Shown: positions 10,658-27,084, counted from the first letter of the stretch. The stretch is 64,000 nt of DNA from an uncultured Gammaproteobacteria bacterium (GCA_963729605.1 CAVSNY010000005.1:128001-192000), one strand, 5' to 3'. A program made the numbers and translations. Notes: generated by a model not told the origin, from the letters alone.

Positions 10658-11680
10658 TCATGCGGGCCGCGACATCACCAACTCGCGCAAGACCGCGGTT
10701 GCATAACAACCAGCGGGCAAATCGAAACCGAGTTGCAGCATATTATCGTTCTGCCGCCACTCGACGGCGCGCGGCACCAGACGCAAGGCCCGCCGCTCCA
10801 TCTCTAAACCGCCATGCGCCAAGGCCTCGCGATCTTCACTCAACGAGGCCAGACTTTCTTCTTCGATACGGCGCGCCTCCGCGCGGCTCGGCAAGTCACC
10901 CCGGCCCCACAATGGGCCACTGGGATGGATGTCGTGCTCGGCAAGCCGGCGCAATACCACCTCATCAATCGTCTCGGCCACGAAAAAACTTCGGGTACCC
11001 TCGAGCATCATCACATCACCGGCTATGGCGCGGCACCATGTCCCGTCTATCACCCGCTGGGCCAGCACCGTATTGAACAAATGCGAACGCAAGGCCGAGA
11101 GATAGATGCCGCGCTCGAAGCGGTCGCGTATTTGAATGGTACCCGCCAGCATCTGCCGCGCGCGGTTGACGTTGTCATGGCCGAAACGTTGTTCGCCGAA
11201 ATAATTGGGGACGCCGCCCTCGATGACGGATTGAATCCGCGCCGGCAACCCGGCCGCGTCGCCGCGCGGCTCACGCACCACGATATTGAAACGGTTGCCG
11301 GTCAACGCGCCGCGCCGCAGCTTGCGGTTATGCCGCCGCGCCGCCGACACCGTGAGCCGTTCGCTGTTCAACAACGTCCAATCGGGATCGGGCTTGCCCG
11401 GTAAGGGCACGGAAAACCATTGGCTGGTGACGGCGTGGCGATCCTTGAGTCCGGCATAGCCGATATCGCGCAAAGGGACGGCGGCATGACGCGCGATGAG
11501 ACGCGCGGCGTCGGGGGTGTTGATGCCGCGCTTGCGCACTTGCAGCAAGACGTGATCGCCGGCGCCGGAGGGCTCGAAACCCAGCAGCTCGTCGACCACG
11601 AAATCTTCCGGCCGCGCGCGCAGCACGCCGCCGAGCGACGGCGCGCCGTAGGCATAAGGCAATTCGGGCACGGCGTTCAT
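10658..11680 (-). CDS. truD: tRNA pseudouridine(13) synthase
   Basis: PEDFVVDE, YAGLKDRHAVTSQW, NYFGEQRFG, GCYATAVLRE; downstream of ispF. Confidence 0.95.
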   Translation of the reverse strand: MNAVPELPYAYGAPSLGGVLRARPEDFVVDELLGFEPSGAGDHVLLQVRKRGINTPDAARLIARHAAVPLRDIGYAGLKDRHAVTSQWFSVPLPGKPDPDWTLLNSERLTVSAARRHNRKLRRGALTGNRFNIVVREPRGDAAGLPARIQSVIEGGVPNYFGEQRFGHDNVNRARQMLAGTIQIRDRFERGIYLSALRSHLFNTVLAQRVIDGTWCRAIAGDVMMLEGTRSFFVAETIDEVVLRRLAEHDIHPSGPLWGRGDLPSRAEARRIEEESLASLSEDREALAHGGLEMERRALRLVPRAVEWRQNDNMLQLGFDLPAGCYATAVLRELVMSRPA

Positions 11681-11703
11681 GGTGGAGACCAATCCAAAAT
11701 TTA

Positions 11704-12183
11704 TTATGCGGCGGGCAGGAGCAAGGCCACCGCATGCGCGGCAATGCCTTCGCCGCGGCCGGTGAAACCCATGCCTTCGGTGGTGGTGGCCTTGATGTTG
11801 ATTTGATCTTCATGCACCGTCAGATCGGCGGCCAGACACTGGCGCATCGCCGCCACGTACGGCATCAATTTCGGGTGTTGCGCGACGACGGTGATATCGA
11901 TATTGCCGATCCGCAATGACTGCCCGCGCAACAAGACGGCGACCTTGCGCAACAGGATGCGGCTGTCGATGTTTTCATAATCTTTGCTGCTATCGGGGAA
12001 GTGGCGGCCGATGTCGCCGAGGGCCGCGGCGCCCAGCAAGGCGTCGCACAAGGCGTGGATCAACACGTCGCCGTCGGAGTGGGCGAGCAGACCGCGCTCA
12101 TAGGGAATGGTGACGCCGCCCAACACCAGGGGGCGGCCGGGACCGAAACGGTGGGCATCGTAACCGTGACCGATACGCATCAC
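11704..12183 (-). CDS. ispF: 2-C-methyl-D-erythritol 2,4-cyclodiphosphate synthase
   Basis: [41 protein letters not shown]. Confidence 0.97.
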   Translation of the reverse strand: MMRIGHGYDAHRFGPGRPLVLGGVTIPYERGLLAHSDGDVLIHALCDALLGAAALGDIGRHFPDSSKDYENIDSRILLRKVAVLLRGQSLRIGNIDITVVAQHPKLMPYVAAMRQCLAADLTVHEDQINIKATTTEGMGFTGRGEGIAAHAVALLLPAA

Positions 12184-12902
12184 GCGGACTCCTGTTGTTG
12201 CAAATACAATTCGGCCAAGGCCAGATCCTGCGGGCGGGTGATTTTAATATTGTCGGCGTGACCTTCCACCATGCGCGGGGTATAACCCGCCGCCTCGATC
12301 GCCTGCGCCTCGTCGGTGACCAGCAGGTTTTTACTCAAGGCCTGTTCCAACGCACCGCGCAGCAGCCCGAGACGGAACATCTGCGGAGTGAGCGCGCGCC
12401 ACAGGCCGTCGCGCTGCACGGTCTCCAGCACATTACCGTCGCGGTCGGTACGCTTCATGGTATCCGCCACCGGCAAACCCAGCAGCCCGCCGACCGGGTG
12501 AGCGCGCAACTCGTCGATGAGCCGGGTGATATCCGCCCCGCGCACGCAGGGCCGCGCCGCGTCGTGCACCAACACCCAATCGTCGGCGGCGGCCTGCTCC
12601 GCCAGAACGGCCAAGCCGTTGAACACCGAATGACAGCGTTCGGCGCCGCCGGCCATGCTCAACGCGATTTTCGGTTCCGGCAGCGTCAGGCGCCGAACGT
12701 ATTGATCGCCGGGCGCGACCACTACTATCACCCCCTGTATGAGCGGATGGCGGGCGATACGCTGCACCGTGTGCTCCAACACGGTTTTGCCGGACAAGGG
12801 GAGATATTGTTTGGGCAAGGCGGCGCCCATCCGGCTGCCGCTCCCCGCGGCGGGGATCACCGCCCAGAAACGCATTACAGTGGAATGTCGGTGCGGAGAC
12901 AC
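12180..12902 (-). CDS. ispD: 2-C-methyl-D-erythritol 4-phosphate cytidylyltransferase
   Basis: [28 protein letters not shown]. Confidence 0.97.
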   Translation of the reverse strand: MSPHRHSTVMRFWAVIPAAGSGSRMGAALPKQYLPLSGKTVLEHTVQRIARHPLIQGVIVVVAPGDQYVRRLTLPEPKIALSMAGGAERCHSVFNGLAVLAEQAAADDWVLVHDAARPCVRGADITRLIDELRAHPVGGLLGLPVADTMKRTDRDGNVLETVQRDGLWRALTPQMFRLGLLRGALEQALSKNLLVTDEAQAIEAAGYTPRMVEGHADNIKITRPQDLALAELYLQQQESA

Positions 12903-12951
12903 GGCTCAGTCCAGCGTGATATTCAGCGGGCGGGCCGGAGTAAAGTCCGGC

Positions 12952-13224
12952 TCACCGGTCGATGACCCGAAAAAAACTTTCATTGTGTTTGATCATGCCC
13001 AGCTCGAGGCGGGCACGCTCTTCCACCGCGTCCATGCCGTGCTTGAGATCGGCGACTTCCGCGTCCAGCGCGAGATTACGTTCCTTGAGCGCGGCGTTTT
13101 CCTTTTCCTGGGCCGCGATGGCGCGATGCAATTGATACACCTCGGCGAAGCTGCCGCCGCCCACCCACAATTTGACTTGCAGCAGCACCAGCAGCACGCT
13201 GAGCGTTACGACGATCCACTTCAT
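12952..13224 (-). CDS. ftsB: Cell division protein FtsB
   Basis: N-terminal TM helix, coiled coil, EERARLELGMIK; eno-ftsB-ispD synteny. Confidence 0.93.
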   Translation of the reverse strand: MKWIVVTLSVLLVLLQVKLWVGGGSFAEVYQLHRAIAAQEKENAALKERNLALDAEVADLKHGMDAVEERARLELGMIKHNESFFRVIDR

Positions 13225-13292
13225 TGCGGTTGGCGGCCTCCCCGGGTTCGCGTCACTTTAACGCGGCGGGGAGTTCGCGGCAAGCTTGGACT

Positions 13293-14579
<1,287 letters not shown>

Positions 14580-14655
14580 TTACTCCATCTCTCAAAATTA
14601 AATTTAAGGTGCATTTCAGACACCAAACAAGGGCGCGCATGGCGCGCCACTGTCG

Positions 14656-15492
14656 TTAATCCAGGTGCATCTCCGCGAAACCGCGCGCCTTGACGATTTG
14701 ATCGAGTTCTTTCAACACCGACAACAATTCTTCCATGCGTCTCAGCGGCCAGGCATTGGGGCCGTCGCTGAGCGCTTTCGCGGGATCGGGATGGGTCTCC
14801 ATGAACACGCCGGCCACCCCCGCCGCCACCGCCGCGCGCGCCAGCACCGGCACGAATTCGCGCTGGCCGCCCGACTTGCCGCCGGCGCCGCCGGGCAGTT
14901 GCACCGAATGGGTGGCGTCGAACACCACCGGGCAACCGGTGTCGCGCATCACCGCCAAGGAACGCATGTCGGAGACCAGATTATTGTAGCCGAAGGACAC
15001 GCCGCGCTCGCAGACCATGATCTGCCGATTACCGACCGCCTTGGCCTTTTCCGCGACGTGCTTCATATCCCACGGCGCGAGGAACTGGCCTTTTTTGATG
15101 TTGACCGGTTTGCCCTGGCGCGCGACGTTTTGAATGAAATTAGTCTGGCGGCACAGAAACGCCGGCGTCTGCAGCACGTCCACTACGGACGCGACTTCGG
15201 CCAGCGGCGTGTCTTCATGCACATCGGTGAGCACCGGCACCTGCAATTGCTGCTTCACCTTCTCCAGTATCTTCAAGCCGCCTTCGAGACCGGGGCCGCG
15301 GAAGCTCGCCACCGAGGTGCGGTTGGCCTTGTCGAAGGACGATTTGTAGATGAACGGGATACCCAATTTGCCGGTAAGCTCTTTGAGCATGCCCGCGGTT
15401 TCGAGCGCGAGGCCTTCGCTCTCGATGACGCAGGGACCGGCGATCAGGAACAGCGGGCGGTCCAGCCCGGCTTCGAAATCACAGAGTTTCAT
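14656..15492 (-). CDS. kdsA: KDO-8-phosphate synthase
   Basis: [35 protein letters not shown]; start moved to ATG 15492. Confidence 0.97.
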   Translation of the reverse strand: MKLCDFEAGLDRPLFLIAGPCVIESEGLALETAGMLKELTGKLGIPFIYKSSFDKANRTSVASFRGPGLEGGLKILEKVKQQLQVPVLTDVHEDTPLAEVASVVDVLQTPAFLCRQTNFIQNVARQGKPVNIKKGQFLAPWDMKHVAEKAKAVGNRQIMVCERGVSFGYNNLVSDMRSLAVMRDTGCPVVFDATHSVQLPGGAGGKSGGQREFVPVLARAAVAAGVAGVFMETHPDPAKALSDGPNAWPLRRMEELLSVLKELDQIVKARGFAEMHLD

Positions 15493-15497
15493 GGCGA

Positions 15498-17195
<1,698 letters not shown>

Positions 17196-17346
17196 TTACT
17201 CAATGGAGACGCTCTAACTTAAACGGCATGCAAGGCCGGGTCGGAACGCGATCATGCCGGGCCTCCGCCGTGCGCCGGCGGCGATGGATCGGCACGCCGC
17301 GCTTAAAACATTTCTTCATAAGCAGGGGAAAAGCAAACCCTCTCGC

Positions 17347-17378
17347 AATAAAAGGCCGGGTTCCCCCGGCCTTTTATT
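17347..17378. terminator. Rho-independent terminator downstream of yccA
   Basis: Perfect inverted repeat AATAAAAGGCCGGG-ttcc-CCCGGCCTTTTATT. Confidence 0.8.
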
Positions 17379-17405
17379 ATCGAACTAGAACGCTGCGTTT
17401 ACAGC

Positions 17406-18101
17406 TTATTCATCACTGTTCGCCGCGCCCAGCAGGTGCAACAGGCTGGTGAATAAATTGTAGATGGCCACGTAGAGCGAAACGGTGGCGAGGATGTAGT
17501 TGGTCTCGCCGCCGTTGATGATGCGACTGGTCTCGAACAGGATCAGGCCGCACATCAGCAGGACGAACATCGCGGAGATCGCCAAGGCCACGCCGGGCAG
17601 CGCCACGCCGAACAGCGAGGCCACCAACACCGCGATGGCACCGAGAAAGGCGACCATGATGCCGGCGAACAGGAAACCGCCCAAAAAGTTGAAGTCCTTA
17701 CGGGTGGTCAACACGTAGGCGGACAAACCGAGGAAGATGGCGCCGGTGCCGCCCATGGCCATCATCACGATCTGCGGGCCGTTGGCCATGCCGAGGTAGT
17801 GATTCAGGATGGGCCCCAAACCGAAACCCAACAGGCCGGTGACGGCGAACACTACGCCCAGGCCCGCGGCGGAATCGGCGGTGCGGGGTACGACGAACCA
17901 CAACAACGCTAAGGCTCCCACCGAGCACAGCAGGCTGACGATGGGGGATACGTTCAAGGCCATGGAGACACCCGCCGTGACCGCGCTGAACAACAGCGTC
18001 ATGGCAAGCAGCGCGTAGGTATTACGCAATACCTTATTGGTATCAGCGGCCAGTTGAGCCCCGCCGCGCGTGGTGGCTACGGATTGCTGATAAGGATTCA
18101 T
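17406..18101 (-). CDS. yccA: Bax inhibitor-1/YccA family membrane protein
   Basis: NKVLRNTY, multiple TM helices, GGETNYILATVSLY; AGGAGG RBS before ATG 18101. Confidence 0.92.
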   Translation of the reverse strand: MNPYQQSVATTRGGAQLAADTNKVLRNTYALLAMTLLFSAVTAGVSMALNVSPIVSLLCSVGALALLWFVVPRTADSAAGLGVVFAVTGLLGFGLGPILNHYLGMANGPQIVMMAMGGTGAIFLGLSAYVLTTRKDFNFLGGFLFAGIMVAFLGAIAVLVASLFGVALPGVALAISAMFVLLMCGLILFETSRIINGGETNYILATVSLYVAIYNLFTSLLHLLGAANSDE

Positions 18102-18334
18102 GGTGAAATAACCTCCTAGTGGACTCGATGTGATATTCAATTAGGGCCTAGCTTACCGGCGCTCGCTACAAAAAACCAGCTTGGGACAGACTCGCAACCC
18201 GCCAGGCATCGCGAATTTCCCAGCCCGCCAAAAACCCGCCCATCTTCAAGGTAACTTCGTGTGAATACTGATATCCCCAGGAATATGAACGAGCTCGTGA
18301 TCGAACCGATCTGACCACCGGACGTCCCACAAGT

Positions 18335-19234
18335 TCAGCTTGCGGCCCCTGCTTTGCTGGCCATCCCCTGCCGGCCGGCGATCCACGCCCCGGCCAAGAT
18401 GAAGGCGCCGCCCATCCATTCGCGGGCACCCAGCATCTCCCCCGCCAACCATTGCGCCGACACGGCACCGACCAACACTTCGAGCAATAAAATCACCGAG
18501 GAGCGGTGCACCGGCAAACGCGTCACCCCATACACCAAACAAAGGCTGGCCAAGGCCACGCCGAACATCCCGAGCAGCAGGGCCACCGGCAAGGCCGCGC
18601 CGCGCCACTCCGCCGCACCGCCGACGCCCGCCGCCGCCAAGCCCCCCGCCAGCAAACTCACGCCGACCCACGGCACCACGGTCTTCAAGGCGATGGACAC
18701 GCCGTCGGCCTTGCGGATGAGCACGTTGGCCAAACCAAACCCGACACCGGACGACAAGGCCAGCACATCGGCGCGGCCCTGCGGCCAAGGCATGCCCAAC
18801 TGCGGGTCCCATAAAACCACCAGCGCCCCGCCCAGCGCCAGTACCAGGGTGACCCACGCCCCCGCCGGCAAACGCTCGCGCAATAACAGCCGGGCCAGCA
18901 ACACCGCCCATACCGGCGAGAGATAAAACAACAACAGTACCCGCACCACTTGGCCGTCGACGATGGCGAGAATGAAGGCGGTGTTGCACCAGCCGCTGGC
19001 CAGGGCCAGGGCCAGCAACAAACCCGCCCGCCGCGCGATATGCTCGCGCTGCCGCCACAACCAGGGCAAACCAAGTACGCAGGCCGCGCCGAACAAAACG
19101 AAGGTCGCCCACAAACCCGGCATGCCCTGCTGCTCCAGCCAGCGCAGCGGCCACCACACCACTCCCCAAAAAGTAGCGCTGACCAGCAAGGCGAGCACGG
19201 GCAATAAGTCGGATCTCGGGTTGGTCGGCATCAA
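18335..19234 (-). CDS. DMT (EamA) family transporter
   Basis: About 10 hydrophobic helices in two EamA-like halves (ATFWG..., LLFYLSPVW...LLRER). Confidence 0.85.
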   Translation of the reverse strand: MMPTNPRSDLLPVLALLVSATFWGVVWWPLRWLEQQGMPGLWATFVLFGAACVLGLPWLWRQREHIARRAGLLLALALASGWCNTAFILAIVDGQVVRVLLLFYLSPVWAVLLARLLLRERLPAGAWVTLVLALGGALVVLWDPQLGMPWPQGRADVLALSSGVGFGLANVLIRKADGVSIALKTVVPWVGVSLLAGGLAAAGVGGAAEWRGAALPVALLLGMFGVALASLCLVYGVTRLPVHRSSVILLLEVLVGAVSAQWLAGEMLGAREWMGGAFILAGAWIAGRQGMASKAGAAS

Positions 19235-19407
19235 GGGATGTCCTATACTGGGCGGGCTCGCGTCATCATGACGTCGTATGCCGAGGTGAATGCAAATTTG
19301 GGGCGGGCCGTCCCGCGCACCGGCGAGCCGGGCGAGGGTTCCTCATCCCGGAACATGATAACGGACTGCCGCCGGCCCTGTTGAGCTAAAACTTTTGATA
19401 AACCACC

Positions 19408-20604
19408 ATGAATCCCGATCTGCACAAATTACAAGCCTACCCTTTCGAAAAACTCGCCGCGCTCAAGGCCGGCCTCACGCCGCCCGCCGATAAAACCGGC
19501 ATCGCCCTGTCCATCGGCGAACCCCAGCACAGCGCGCCCGCCTTCGTGGTCGATGCGCTCATCAATCATGTGCAGGGCCTCGCCCATTACCCGCTCACCA
19601 AAGGTACGCTCGCCTTGCGCGAGGCCATCGCCGCCTGGCTGACGCGGCGCTTCGCGCTGCCGGCCGGCGCCCTCGATCCCGAACGCCATGTCATCCCGGT
19701 CAACGGCACCCGCGAGGCCCTGTTCTCCTTCGCGCAGGCGGTGATCGACCGCGCCACGCGACCGCTGGTGGTGATGCCCAATCCGTTTTATCAAATCTAC
19801 GAAGGCGCCGCCTTGCTGGCCGGCGCCGAGCCGTGGTTTCACAACACCACCGCCGACACCGGTTTCGTTCCCGAGTTCGCCGCCGTACCCGCCGAGGTGT
19901 GGCGGCGCGCGCAACTGGTCTATCTCTGTTCGCCCGGCAACCCCACCGGCGCGGTGGCCGACGAGACCGCCCTGCGGCGGCTCATCGCCCTCGCCGACCA
20001 GCACGACTTCATCATCGCCGCCGACGAGTGTTATTCGGAAATCTATCCCGACGAACAACGCCCGCCGCTGGGCCTGCTCGAAGTCTGCCAACGGATGGGC
20101 CGCGACGACTTCCGCCGCTGCGTGGTCTTTCACAGCCTGTCCAAACGCTCCAACCTGCCGGGCCTGCGTTCCGGCTTCGTGGCCGGCGATGCAGAGATAC
20201 TCAAACACTATCTGCGCTACCGCACCTATCACGGCTGCGCCCTGCCTCCGCCGGTGCAGGCGGCCAGCATCGCGGCCTGGGGCGACGAACGGCATGTGCG
20301 CGCCAACCGCGATCTCTACCGGCAAAAATTCAGCGCGGTGTTGGATATCCTCCAACCGGTGCTGGAGGTCTCCGCCCCCGACGCCAGCTTCTATCTCTGG
20401 CCGCGCACGCCCATCGATGAACAAGACTTCGCCCGACGGCTGTTCGCCGCCCAGCACGTCACCGTGCTGCCGGGTAGCTATTTATCCCGCGAGGCCCACG
20501 GGCTCAATCCCGGCCGCAACCGGATCCGCATAGCCCTGGTGCCGCCCCTGGCGGACTGCATCGAGGCCGCCCGCCGCATCCGCGAATTCGTCGCCACACT
20601 TTAA
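19408..20604 (+). CDS. dapC: Succinyldiaminopimelate transaminase
   Basis: YPFEKL, LSIGEP, CSPGNPTG, DECYSE, SLSKRSNLPGLRSG; precedes dapD. Confidence 0.93.
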   Translation: MNPDLHKLQAYPFEKLAALKAGLTPPADKTGIALSIGEPQHSAPAFVVDALINHVQGLAHYPLTKGTLALREAIAAWLTRRFALPAGALDPERHVIPVNGTREALFSFAQAVIDRATRPLVVMPNPFYQIYEGAALLAGAEPWFHNTTADTGFVPEFAAVPAEVWRRAQLVYLCSPGNPTGAVADETALRRLIALADQHDFIIAADECYSEIYPDEQRPPLGLLEVCQRMGRDDFRRCVVFHSLSKRSNLPGLRSGFVAGDAEILKHYLRYRTYHGCALPPPVQAASIAAWGDERHVRANRDLYRQKFSAVLDILQPVLEVSAPDASFYLWPRTPIDEQDFARRLFAAQHVTVLPGSYLSREAHGLNPGRNRIRIALVPPLADCIEAARRIREFVATL

Positions 20605-20684
20605 AACGCAGCGAGTGACCAATCCGTTATAATGTCGCCCTTTCGGCGGCCAGCGGGCCGCCGTAACGTTAAGTGGAGTGGATG

Positions 20685-21506
<822 letters not shown>

Positions 21507-21507
21507 G

Positions 21508-21858
21508 ATGATGGTCCTCTACGGCATCAAGAATTGCGACACGGTGAAAAAGGCGCGCCGCTGGCTGGATGGGCACGGCGTCGCCTACCGCTTTCACGAT
21601 TTTCGCGCCGACGGTCTCGACGAAAAACAGCTCGCGCGCTGGGTGAAACAACTCGGCTGGGAAACGGTGCTCAATCGCCGCGGCACGAGTTGGCGCGGAT
21701 TGAGCGAGGCGCAGCGCGCACAGGTAGTCGATGCGCGCGGCGCCATCGCCGCAATACTGACGCAACCGGCGCTGATCAAGCGGCCGGTGCTTGAAAACGG
21801 CGGCGTATTGCATATCGGCTTTGCCGAAACCGATTACGCCGCGCTGTTCAAAAAATAA
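21508..21858 (+). CDS. ArsC/YffB family reductase-like protein
   Basis: YGIKNCDTVKKARRWL, LNRRGTSWR, IKRPV; usual neighbour of dapE. Confidence 0.9.
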   Translation: MMVLYGIKNCDTVKKARRWLDGHGVAYRFHDFRADGLDEKQLARWVKQLGWETVLNRRGTSWRGLSEAQRAQVVDARGAIAAILTQPALIKRPVLENGGVLHIGFAETDYAALFKK

Positions 21859-23028
<1,170 letters not shown>

Positions 23029-23144
23029 CGCAGGCGGTCAGACCGGCTACTCTTATGAGGGCTAATGGTTTTCGAGTCGCGTCCGAAAACTCTGTAAGAC
23101 CCCTGCTGGTGGCCTGTAATCCTACATATCGCAAAAGGGTGGCT

Positions 23145-23549
23145 ATGGAACAGGACGATATCTCAAAAGAACGGCGGCTGTTCTCCCGTATTCCTTTTAA
23201 TGGCAGCGTCACCCTCATCAGCGACGAAGGCCGTTGGGTCTGCAACCTGGTGGACATTTCGCTCAAAGGCGTCTTGATCGACCAACCCGAGGGGTGGGCC
23301 GGCAAAATAGGGCAGTCCTTCCAATTGGAGATCAGCCTGAGCGAGGGCAAGGTCAACATCACCATGGATGTGGCGACTTCCCACATCCGCGATCAACGCA
23401 TCGGTTTCTGCTGCACCCACATCGATCTTGAAAGCATCACCCATCTGCGCCGCCTGCTGGAACTCAACATCGGCGACGAAGAACAAATGAACCGCGAACT
23501 CTCCGCGTTGATTTTCAATATCTGCAACGTCTCTTCCAACGGGCGCTGA
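23145..23549 (+). CDS. PilZ-domain c-di-GMP receptor
   Basis: RRLFSR (RxxxR) and DISLKG (DxSxxG); start moved to ATG 23145. Confidence 0.88.
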   Translation: MEQDDISKERRLFSRIPFNGSVTLISDEGRWVCNLVDISLKGVLIDQPEGWAGKIGQSFQLEISLSEGKVNITMDVATSHIRDQRIGFCCTHIDLESITHLRRLLELNIGDEEQMNRELSALIFNICNVSSNGR

Positions 23550-23665
23550 GCGGCGCCTGTGGCGTCACGCGTACACCAAATCACCTTGCGTTCGTCTCCA
23601 CCGGTTTGATAAAACACCCCGCTGAACAAGCGCCGGTTCGGCGCATCGTCTCATTAGAATAAATT

Positions 23666-25834
23666 TTAGCCGGCGGCCGCGCATTGCCGGGTTGGATGCA
23701 GCCGCGGCTGGCCGTGATGAGTATGAGCGGTATCCCAGTCTGCTTGCCCGACCGCGTCGAGCACGATGACGCGATCGGCGCTGGCGATGGTCTCGGGCCG
23801 ATGCGCGACGATGACGCGGGTCAATTTGAGTTGGGCGATGGCCTGGTTGACCTGCTGTTCGCGGGCGAGGTCGAGATGGCTGGTGGCTTCGTCCAGAAAA
23901 AGGATTTTGGGATTTTTATAAAGGGCGCGTGCCAGCAGCAGGCGCTGACGCTGACCGCCCGACAGCGCCGTTCCCATATCGCCGATCAGGGTGTGATAGG
24001 CCATGGGCATGGCCATGATGTCCTGTGCCACCGCGGCCAGTTGCGCACAATAATGAATACGTTCCAGTTCCGGTTGCGGGTCGAAGAAAGCGATGTTATC
24101 GGCGATGGAGCCGGCGAACAGTTGATCTTCCTGCATGACGGTACCGATGATTCCGCGGTACTGTTCCACGCCCAGCCGCGAAACCGGAACGCCGCCCACC
24201 AGCACCTCGCCACCGCTGGCCGGCAACAGGCCCAGCATGATCTTCAACAAGGTCGTCTTACCGCAACCGGAAGCACCGACGATCGCCACCGACTCGCCCT
24301 CCGCAATCCGCAGATTGACGTCATTAAGCACGCAAGACTCCGCCGCCGCGTAGCGAAAACTCAGATTCCTGACCTCGATATCGTAACGCCGCGGCATGGG
24401 CGCAGACCGGATATCGGCATCCGCGTCCTCGGGCTCGGTCAGGGCGACGTCGGCGACCCGCTCGGTGTGCAGCCCCAGCATCTTCAACTCTATGCCCTTT
24501 TCGATCAGTCCGATGATGCGCGCGATGAACTGCTGTTTATAAGCGATGAAGGCGAACAACATCCCCACCGAAAATCCGCCTTGTAGCACCAGGCCGGCGC
24601 CCAGGCCGATCACCGCGACGTTCTCGGCGCCGAACAAGACACCATTGACCGCCTTGAACACAATGTGCAGCCGTTGTACACGAATACCGGCGTTGAGGTG
24701 ATCGGCGGCGAGATTCTGATAAGCGGCGCGCCGGTCGGGTCCCCGATTGAAAAGTTTGAGGCTTTGCACGCCGCGCACGCTCTCCAAAAAATGCGACTGC
24801 TGCTTGGCGGCGCGCAGGATCTGTTCTTCTTCGGCCTCGCGCAAGGGGCGATACCACACCCAGCGCACCGCGCCGTATAACAAGGCCGCCGCGCATACCA
24901 CCAGCGCCAGCGGCGGACTATATATCCACATCACTATCAACGTCGCGATCACCATCAATCCATCCACTACCGCCTCGACGAAGCTGCTGGTCAAGGTGCG
25001 TTGGATGGCGTTGAGCGATTCGAAGCGCGACACCACATCGCCGAGGTGGCGTTTTTCAAAATAGTCCATCGGCAGGCGCAGCAGGTGGCGGAATAGATTG
25101 GCGATCAACTGGAGATTGATCTGTGAACTGATCACCATCAGCACCCAGGAACGCAATGCCGTCACCGCCGTCTGCATCAGCGCCAACAGCAAGAAACCCA
25201 ACGCCAGCACGGTGATCAGGTCGTGGTCTTGCGCCACCAGGGCATGATCCACCACCAGTTGCATGAACCAGGGGGCGGCGATGGCGAAGACCTCCAATAC
25301 CAGGGCGATGGATAAGACTTGCAGCAGGGCGCGTTTCAGACCGACCGGTTTGCCCAGCAAGGCGGCGAGTGAAATGCGCCGGCGCTGGGTACGCGGCACG
25401 AAATCGTGGCTGGGCGCCAATTCGAGCGCCACCCCGGTGAAATGGCGCGAGAGTTCCGCCAGGTTCAGTTGACGGCGACCGCGCGCCGGGTCGTGGATCA
25501 CCACCGCGTTCTTGCGCACCGCGACCAGGACCACGAAGTGATTCATGTCCCAATGCAGAATCGCCGGACAAGGCAGTCGCGCCAAGGCCGCCAATTCCAG
25601 CCGCACCGGGCGCGCCGATAACTGCAAGCGCCCGGCGATCTGGATGAGCTGGGCCAGGGCCGAGCCCTTGGCGGAAATCGCGTGCTGACCGCGCAAGCTG
25701 GCGAGATCGACATCATGGCCGTGATGACCCGCCACCATGGCCAGACAGGCGAGACCGCACTCCGCCGCCTCGGTCTGCATCAACAGCGGTGTCGTGGATT
25801 TACCGCCGAAATTAAGCATGCTGATCGTTTCCAT
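23666..25834 (-). CDS. Peptidase C39-containing ABC transporter (PCAT, colicin V CvaB-like)
   Basis: C39 motifs QTEAAECGLACL, LHWDMNHFVV, IHDP; ABC membrane domain; GASGCGKT, LSGGQRQR, LDEATS; start ATG 25834. Confidence 0.95.
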   Translation of the reverse strand: METISMLNFGGKSTTPLLMQTEAAECGLACLAMVAGHHGHDVDLASLRGQHAISAKGSALAQLIQIAGRLQLSARPVRLELAALARLPCPAILHWDMNHFVVLVAVRKNAVVIHDPARGRRQLNLAELSRHFTGVALELAPSHDFVPRTQRRRISLAALLGKPVGLKRALLQVLSIALVLEVFAIAAPWFMQLVVDHALVAQDHDLITVLALGFLLLALMQTAVTALRSWVLMVISSQINLQLIANLFRHLLRLPMDYFEKRHLGDVVSRFESLNAIQRTLTSSFVEAVVDGLMVIATLIVMWIYSPPLALVVCAAALLYGAVRWVWYRPLREAEEEQILRAAKQQSHFLESVRGVQSLKLFNRGPDRRAAYQNLAADHLNAGIRVQRLHIVFKAVNGVLFGAENVAVIGLGAGLVLQGGFSVGMLFAFIAYKQQFIARIIGLIEKGIELKMLGLHTERVADVALTEPEDADADIRSAPMPRRYDIEVRNLSFRYAAAESCVLNDVNLRIAEGESVAIVGASGCGKTTLLKIMLGLLPASGGEVLVGGVPVSRLGVEQYRGIIGTVMQEDQLFAGSIADNIAFFDPQPELERIHYCAQLAAVAQDIMAMPMAYHTLIGDMGTALSGGQRQRLLLARALYKNPKILFLDEATSHLDLAREQQVNQAIAQLKLTRVIVAHRPETIASADRVIVLDAVGQADWDTAHTHHGQPRLHPTRQCAAAG

Positions 25835-25836
25835 GC

Positions 25837-27084
25837 TTATAATTTTCCAGTCAAGCTGAATAAAGGATCGAATACCCATTCGATGATCCGCCGCTTGTCC
25901 AACCACACATCGGCATCCAGCAACATGCCCGATTGCAAGGCGAGTTCTTGGCGATAGGCTTTAATATTTTGTTCCTGCAAAGCCACGGTCACACGATAAA
26001 CCGGCTCGCGCAACGGCACCGGCAAAACGGCCTCGCCGGGCACGATGAGGGTCTTGGCGATCTCCTTGATACGGCCTTGCGCACTCCCGAAACGTTGATA
26101 GGGAAAGGCCTGATACCGCAGCGCGACTTGCTGCCCGGTCTCGATGAAACCGATGGCGCGGCTCGGCACCAACAACTGCGCTTCCAACACCGCCCGCGCG
26201 GGGAGAATGGTCAACAAAGGCGCACCCGGCCCGGCGGTCTGGCCGCGATCCACCAGGATGGCGGTCACCGTGCCGGCGGCGGGCGCGCTGATCACGATGC
26301 TGCGCCGCGCTTCATATTCGGTGAGTTGTTGGTTCAAGGCTTCGACATCACGTTCAATCGCCGCGCGGCGGCTGTCGGCCTGCGGGTCGTAACCCGCCAG
26401 CTCACGACGCGCATCGCCGAGATTCCGCGCCAGCGCACTGCGCTCGCGGCGTAAGGATTCGAGCCTAGATTTTTGTTCCAAGACTTGCTCGCGTTTTTCC
26501 TGAACATGGACCTCCGCCACAAAACGCTTGGCCGCGAGTTCACCATAACGGGCCGCGGTCTGCTCCACGCTGGCCAGATGTTGAGTCTGAGTATTCAAGA
26601 CGCTATCCAGTTGCGCCAATTCATTTTCGAGACCGCGCAGACGTTCTTGCAGACGGTGCTTTTGATTGACGCTGATGCGGTCTTGATTCAACAAATCGCT
26701 ATTGAGGCTGTCGCGCCGCTGTTTGAGACTGCTGATGACGGCCTGTTGCGAAGCCGGGGTATCGGTACTGCCGTGATCGGTGGATAAGACGAACAAGATA
26801 TCGCCCTGCCGCACCGTTTGTCCTTCGCTGACCCGCTTCTCCACCAAGGTGCCGGTGGCGGGGACATAGACTTTGATCAGCCCTTGGTCGGGCGCGAGGT
26901 ATCCGGTCACATGGGCCTTGCGCGTATAGTGGCCGAAACAGGCAAAAACGATGAGGGCGCCCATGATCAATAGCGCGATCGCGGTGAGTATATAAGTGCC
27001 GGGAGACGTCGATACGATTACCGTACCAAGACTACGCTCGCCTTGCGCCTCTAGCGCTTCGTGACGAAATAAGGGCATTGCCAT
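25837..27084 (-). CDS. HlyD-family membrane fusion protein (CvaA-like)
   Basis: LFRHEAL N-terminus, one TM helix, long coiled coil, LRYQAFPYQRFG, IIEWVFDPL; AAGGAG RBS before ATG 27084. Confidence 0.93.
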   Translation of the reverse strand: MAMPLFRHEALEAQGERSLGTVIVSTSPGTYILTAIALLIMGALIVFACFGHYTRKAHVTGYLAPDQGLIKVYVPATGTLVEKRVSEGQTVRQGDILFVLSTDHGSTDTPASQQAVISSLKQRRDSLNSDLLNQDRISVNQKHRLQERLRGLENELAQLDSVLNTQTQHLASVEQTAARYGELAAKRFVAEVHVQEKREQVLEQKSRLESLRRERSALARNLGDARRELAGYDPQADSRRAAIERDVEALNQQLTEYEARRSIVISAPAAGTVTAILVDRGQTAGPGAPLLTILPARAVLEAQLLVPSRAIGFIETGQQVALRYQAFPYQRFGSAQGRIKEIAKTLIVPGEAVLPVPLREPVYRVTVALQEQNIKAYRQELALQSGMLLDADVWLDKRRIIEWVFDPLFSLTGKL